From the NCBI RefSeq assembly GCF_963921235.1, contig NC_086100.1:201378001-201442000 (forward strand): a stretch of 64,000 nt of DNA. The letters run 5' to 3'. Position numbers and translations under genes: made by a program. The notes under the pieces were generated by a model. The model did no database searches. It was not told where the DNA came from and worked only from the letters and a program-made list of their open reading frames with translations. The stretch is from Mobula hypostoma. Its lineage: Eukaryota. Positions 59,332 to 64,000 of this stretch are shown here, one piece after another (within the stretch, counting starts at the first letter, position 1; the number at the start of each line of letters is the position of its first letter).

Positions 59332-62300
59332 TGTAAAGGATTTCTTCCTTTATGTTACTGCGTAGGTTAATCAAAATGGCTTCTTTGTTATGTTAAATGC
59401 TGAGAAAGTTCTCTCGCTGCAGCTTGTTTGGGTTGTATTATTGATAACAGAGCAAATGAACCAATGGGTGTCCATGTTATTCTTTCTTGGGCTGATATTC
59501 TGTCTCATATGGCTGGGAAAGGGTGTTTTTGGAGGAGAGACCGGGGAGTAAGTCTGTCTCATATGGCTGGGAAACGGTGTTTTTGGAGGAGAGACCGGAG
59601 GTAAGTCTGTCTCATATGGCTGGGAAAGGGTGTTTTTGGCGTGTTTTTGGAGGAGAGACCGGGGGGTAAGACTGTCTCATATGGCTGGGAAACGGTGTAT
59701 TTGGAGGAGAGACCGGAGGTAAGTCTGTCTCATATGGCTTGGAAACGGTGTTTTTGGAGGAGAGACCGCAGGAAAGACTGTCTCATATGGCTGGGAAATG
59801 GTGTTTTTGGAGGAGGGACCGGGGGTAAGTCTGTCTCATATGGCTGGGAAACTGCGTTTTTGGATGAGAGACCGGAGGTAAAAGTCTGTCTCATATGGCA
59901 GGGAAACGGTGTTTTTGTTGGAGAGACCAGGGGTAAGTCTGTCTCATATGGCTGGGAGATGAGGGTTTTGGTGTGTTTTTGGACGAGTGACTGTGAGTAA
60001 GTCTGTCTCATATGGCTGGGAAACGGTGTTTTTGGAGGAGAGACCGGGGGTAAGTCTGTCTCATATGGCTGGGAAACGGTGTTTTTGGAGGAGGGACCGG
60101 GGGTAAGTCTGTCTCATATGGCTGGGAAACTGCGTTTTTGGAGGAGAGACCGGGGGTAAGACTGTCTCATATGGCTGGGAAACGGTGTTTTTGGATGAGA
60201 GACCGGAGGTAAAAGTCTGTCTCATATGGCAGGGAAACGGTGTTTTTGTTGGAGAGACCAGGGGTAAGTCTGTCTCATATGGCTGGGAGATGAGGGTTTT
60301 GGTGTGTTTTTGGACGAGTGACTGTGAGTAAGTCTGTCTCATATGGCTGGGAAACTGCGTTTTTGGCGTGTTTTTGGAGGAGAGACCGCAGCTAAGACTG
60401 TCTCCTCTGGCTGAGAAACGGTGTTTTTGGAGGAGAGACCCTGGGTAAGTCTGTCTCATATGGCTGGGAAACGGTGTTGTTGGCATGTTTTTGGAGGAGA
60501 GACCCGGGGTAAGTCTGTCTCATATGGCTGGGTTATAAGTCTGTCTCATATCACTGGGAAACAGTGTTTTTGGAGGAGAGACCGGGAGCAAGTCTGTCTC
60601 ATATGGCTGGGAAACGGTGTTTTTAGCGTGTTTTTGGAGAAGAGACCGCGGGTTAGACTGTCTCATATGGCTGGGAAACGGTGTTTTTGGAGGAGGGACC
60701 AGGGGTAAGTCTGTCTCATATGGCTGGGAAACTGTGTTTTTGGCGTGTTTTTGGAGGAGAGACCGCAGGTAAGACTGTCTCATATGGCTGGGAAACAGTG
60801 TTTTTGAAGGAGAGACCGGGGATAAGACTGTCTCATATGGCTGGGATATAAGTCTGTCTCATCTGGCTGGGAAACGGTGTTTTTGGAGGAGAGACCGGGG
60901 GGTAAGTCTGTCTTATATGGCTGGGAAACGGTGTTTTTGGAGGAGAGACCGGGGGTAAGACTGTCTCATATGGCTGGGAAACGGTGTTGTTGGCATGTTT
61001 TTGGAGGAGAGACCTGGGGTAAGTCTGTCTCATATGGCTGGGTTATAAGTCTGTCTCATATGACTGGGAAACGGTGTTTTTGGAGGAGAGACCGGGAGCA
61101 AGTCTGTCTCATATAGCTGGGAAACGGTGTTTTTGGTGTGTTTTTGGAGAAGAGACCGCGGGTTAGACTGTCTCATATGGCTGGGATATAAGTCTGTCTC
61201 ATATGGCTGGGAAACAGTGTTTTTGGAGGAAAGACTGGGGGTAAGTCTGTCTCATATGGCTGGGAAACGGTGTTTTTGGCATGTTTTTGGAGGAGAGACC
61301 CGGGGTAAGTCTGTCTCATATGGCTGGGTTATAAGTCTGTCTCATATGACTGGGAAACGGTGTTTTTGGAGGAGAGACCGGGAGCAAGTCTGTCTCATAT
61401 GGCTGGGAAACGGTGTTTTTGGCGTGTTTTTGGAGAAGAGACCGCGGGTTAGACTGTCTCATATGGCTGGGAAACGATGTTTTTGGAGGAGAGACAGAGG
61501 GTAAGACTTTCTCATATGGCTGGGATATAAGTCTGTCTCATATGGCTGGGATATAAGTCTGTCTCATATGGCTGGGAAACAGTGTTTTTGGAGGAAAGAC
61601 TGGGGGTAAGTCTGTCTCATATGGCTGGGAAACGGTGTTTTTGGCGTGTTTTTGGAGGAGAGACCCGGGGTAAGTCTGTCTCATGTGGCTGGGAAACGGT
61701 GTTTTTGGAGGAGAGACCGCGGGTAAGATTGTCTCATATGGCTGGGAAACGGTGTTTTTGGAGGAGAGACCGGGGGTAAGTCTGTCTCATATGGCTGGGA
61801 AACGGTGTTTTTGGAGGAGAGACCGGGGGTAAGTCTGTCTCATATGGCTGGGAAACGGTGTTTTTGGAGGAGGGACCGGGGGTAAGTCTGTCTCATATGG
61901 CTGGGAAACTGCGTTTTTGGATGAGAGACCGGAGGTAAAAGTCTGTCTCATATGGCAGGGAAACGGTGTTTTTGTTGGAGAGACCAGGGGTAAGTCTGTC
62001 TCATATCACTGGGAAATGGTGTTTTTGGAGGAGAGACCGGGGGTAAGACTGTCTCATCTGCCTGGGAAACGGTGTTTTTGGAGGAGAGACCAGGGGTAAG
62101 TCTGTCTCATATGGCTGGGATATAAGTCTGTCTCATCTGGCTGGGAAACGGTGTTTTTGGAGGAGAGACCAGGGGTAAGTCTGTCTCATATGGCTGGGAT
62201 ATAAGTCTGTCTCATCTGGCTGGGAAACGGTGTTTTTGGAGGAGAGACCGGGGGTACGCCTGTCTCATATGGCTGGGATATAAGTCTGTCTCATCTGGCT

Positions 62301-63651
62301 GGGAAACGGTGTTTTTGGAGGAGAGACCGGGGGTAAGACTGTCTCATCTGCCTGGGAAACGGTGTTTTTGGAGGAGAGACCAGGGGTAAGTCTGTCTCAT
62401 ATGGCTGGGATATAAGTCTGTCTCATCTGGCTGGGAAACGGTGTTTTTGGAGGAGAGACCGGGGGTAAGTCTGTCTCATATGGCTGGGATATAAGTCTGT
62501 CTCATCTGGCTGGGAAACGGTGTTTTTGGAGGAGAGACCGGGGGTACGCCTGTCTCATATGGCTGGGATATAAGTCTGTCTCATCTGGCTGGGAAACGGT
62601 GTTTTTGGAGGAGAGACCGGGGGTAAGACTGTCTCATCTGCCTGGGAAACGGTGTTTTTGGAGGAGAGACCAGGGATAAGACTGTCTCATATGGCTGGGA
62701 AACGGTGTTTTTGGAGGAGAGACCAGGGATAAGACTGTCTCATATGGCTGGGAAACGGTGTTTTTGGAGGAGAGACCAGGGATAAGACTGTCTCATCTGC
62801 CTGGGAAACGGTGTTTTTGGAGGAGAGACCAGGGATAAGACTGTCTCATATGGCTGGGAAACGGTGTTTTTGGAGGAGAGACCAGGGATAAGACTGCCTC
62901 ATATGGCTGGGAAATGGTGTTTTTGGAGGAGAGACCAGGGATAAGACTGTCTCATATGGCTGGGAAACGGTGTTTTTGGAGGAGAGACCAGGGATAAGAC
63001 TGTCTCATATGGCTGGGAAACGGTGTTTTTGGAGGAGAGACCGGGGGTAAGACTGTCTCATCTGCCTGGGAAACGGTGTTTTTGGTGGAGAGACCAGGGA
63101 TAAGACTGTCTCATCTGCCTGGGAAACGGTGTTTTTGGTGGAGAGACTGGGGGTAAGTCTGTCTCATATGCTGGGAGACGGGGGTTTTGGAGGAGAGACC
63201 GGGGGTAAGTCTGTCTCATATGGCTGGGAAACGGTGTTTTTGGCATGTTTTTTGAGGAGAGACGGGGAGATGACGGACGTGCTGGGAGCGCTCTGGTCGA
63301 TCACCTTGGGCGGTCCCGAGCGGCGAGTCTAGGGGGTCGGAGTGGATCGCAGGGTGAAGAGAGAATACCCCAGGTATTTGAGCTCCAACTGTGTGCACCA
63401 AGTAATTGAACTTTGATCAGTCTGGTGCCTTTTTGTTCATTCCCTTTTGTATTGTATCTCTATTAATCTCATAGTCTTAGTAAGATTTATGAAGTGTAAT
63501 CTGTAAAATGTACTTTGTGTGCTGTCTGATGATTGATGTTTGAGCCGTATCAGGTGGCATTGCACAGCAACCGACGCAACCGGGAGACAAGGTTGGGCGG
63601 CAGACGGTGTTTCCCCTGGATAAATACGAGCCGATATAGCTGAGCATTACA
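59332..63651 (+). mobile_element. Probable solo LTR inflated by an internal satellite
   Basis: tgtaa...ttaca termini with gtta/gcta flanks (degenerate 4-bp TSD); only about 170 bp and 380 bp of unique sequence surround the array. Confidence 0.6.
59500..63270. repeat. 53-bp satellite (ctgtctcatatggctgggaaacggtgtttttggaggagagaccgggggtaagt) with 26-bp and about 65-bp variants and higher-order blocks
   Basis: Units at 59500, 59554, 59607 and onward; about 3.8 kb of highly similar copies. Confidence 0.97.
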
Positions 63652-63687
63652 GCTAAAATTAACCCATGAGAAAATACTGTCCACTTA

Positions 63688-64000
63688 ATGAATTGAATTG
63701 ACTTTACTTCTTACATCTTCGCATACTATACATGAGTAAAAATATTTACGTTACATCTGTCTAAGTGTACAATGTGCAAGCATAGTAATTTATAATAAAT
63801 AGATCAGGCAATGTAACATTGAAATACACTCAAATCAGCATGATTTAATCAGTCTGATTGCCTGGTGGAAGAAGCTGTCCCAGAGCCTGTTGGTCCTGGT
63901 TTTTATGTTGCGGTACCATTTTCCGGATGGAAGCAGTTGGGACAGTTTGTGGTTGGGGTGACTCAGGTTCCCAATGATCCTATGGGCCCTTTTTACACAC
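63688..64000 (-). mobile_element. Rex1/Babar-like LINE 3' end
   Basis: Reverse complement of 12940-13255, including the (caatt)n tail. Confidence 0.75.

Noticed and set aside
59371..63401. Repetitive ORFs and a CRISPR-like look of the 53-bp array
   Set aside because: Units are contiguous with no unique spacers, there are no cas genes, and the context is eukaryotic; it is a satellite.
58000..64000. Expected zinc-binding (HExxHxxGxxHD) exon
   Set aside because: Not found by eye; presumably downstream of the window. Absence here is not evidence of loss.

Overview
Vertebrate genomic DNA, most likely a cartilaginous fish (ray/shark-type CR1, Rex1, RTE and Penelope repeat landscape; this is an inference). 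One host gene spans the window on the + strand: seven internal GT-AG exons (5677-57997; 706 nt, 235 codons, all phases compatible) of an ADAM metalloprotease gene. They cover the pro-domain, an RLKR furin site and the first half of the M12B catalytic domain, and are closest by eye to the ADAM15/12/19/33 group. The zinc-motif exon was not found in the window. Nearly everything else is intronic repeat: nested CR1 LINEs (one near full length), Rex1/Babar-like LINEs, a decayed full-length RTE, a Neptune-type Penelope-like element (PLE), an internally deleted hAT transposon, Gypsy-type solo LTRs and four tandem arrays. Most interesting: (1) short, often fold-back PLE-derived insertions with 9-15 bp TSDs, several carrying minimal hammerhead ribozymes; (2) satellites visibly born inside a PLE ORF and inside an LTR; (3) the ADAM lacks the cysteine-switch Cys and the conserved TxGxA edge strand; (4) a pseudoknot-capable sequence at the 5' end of the RTE. 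Boundaries were read by eye, and those of old repeats are approximate.
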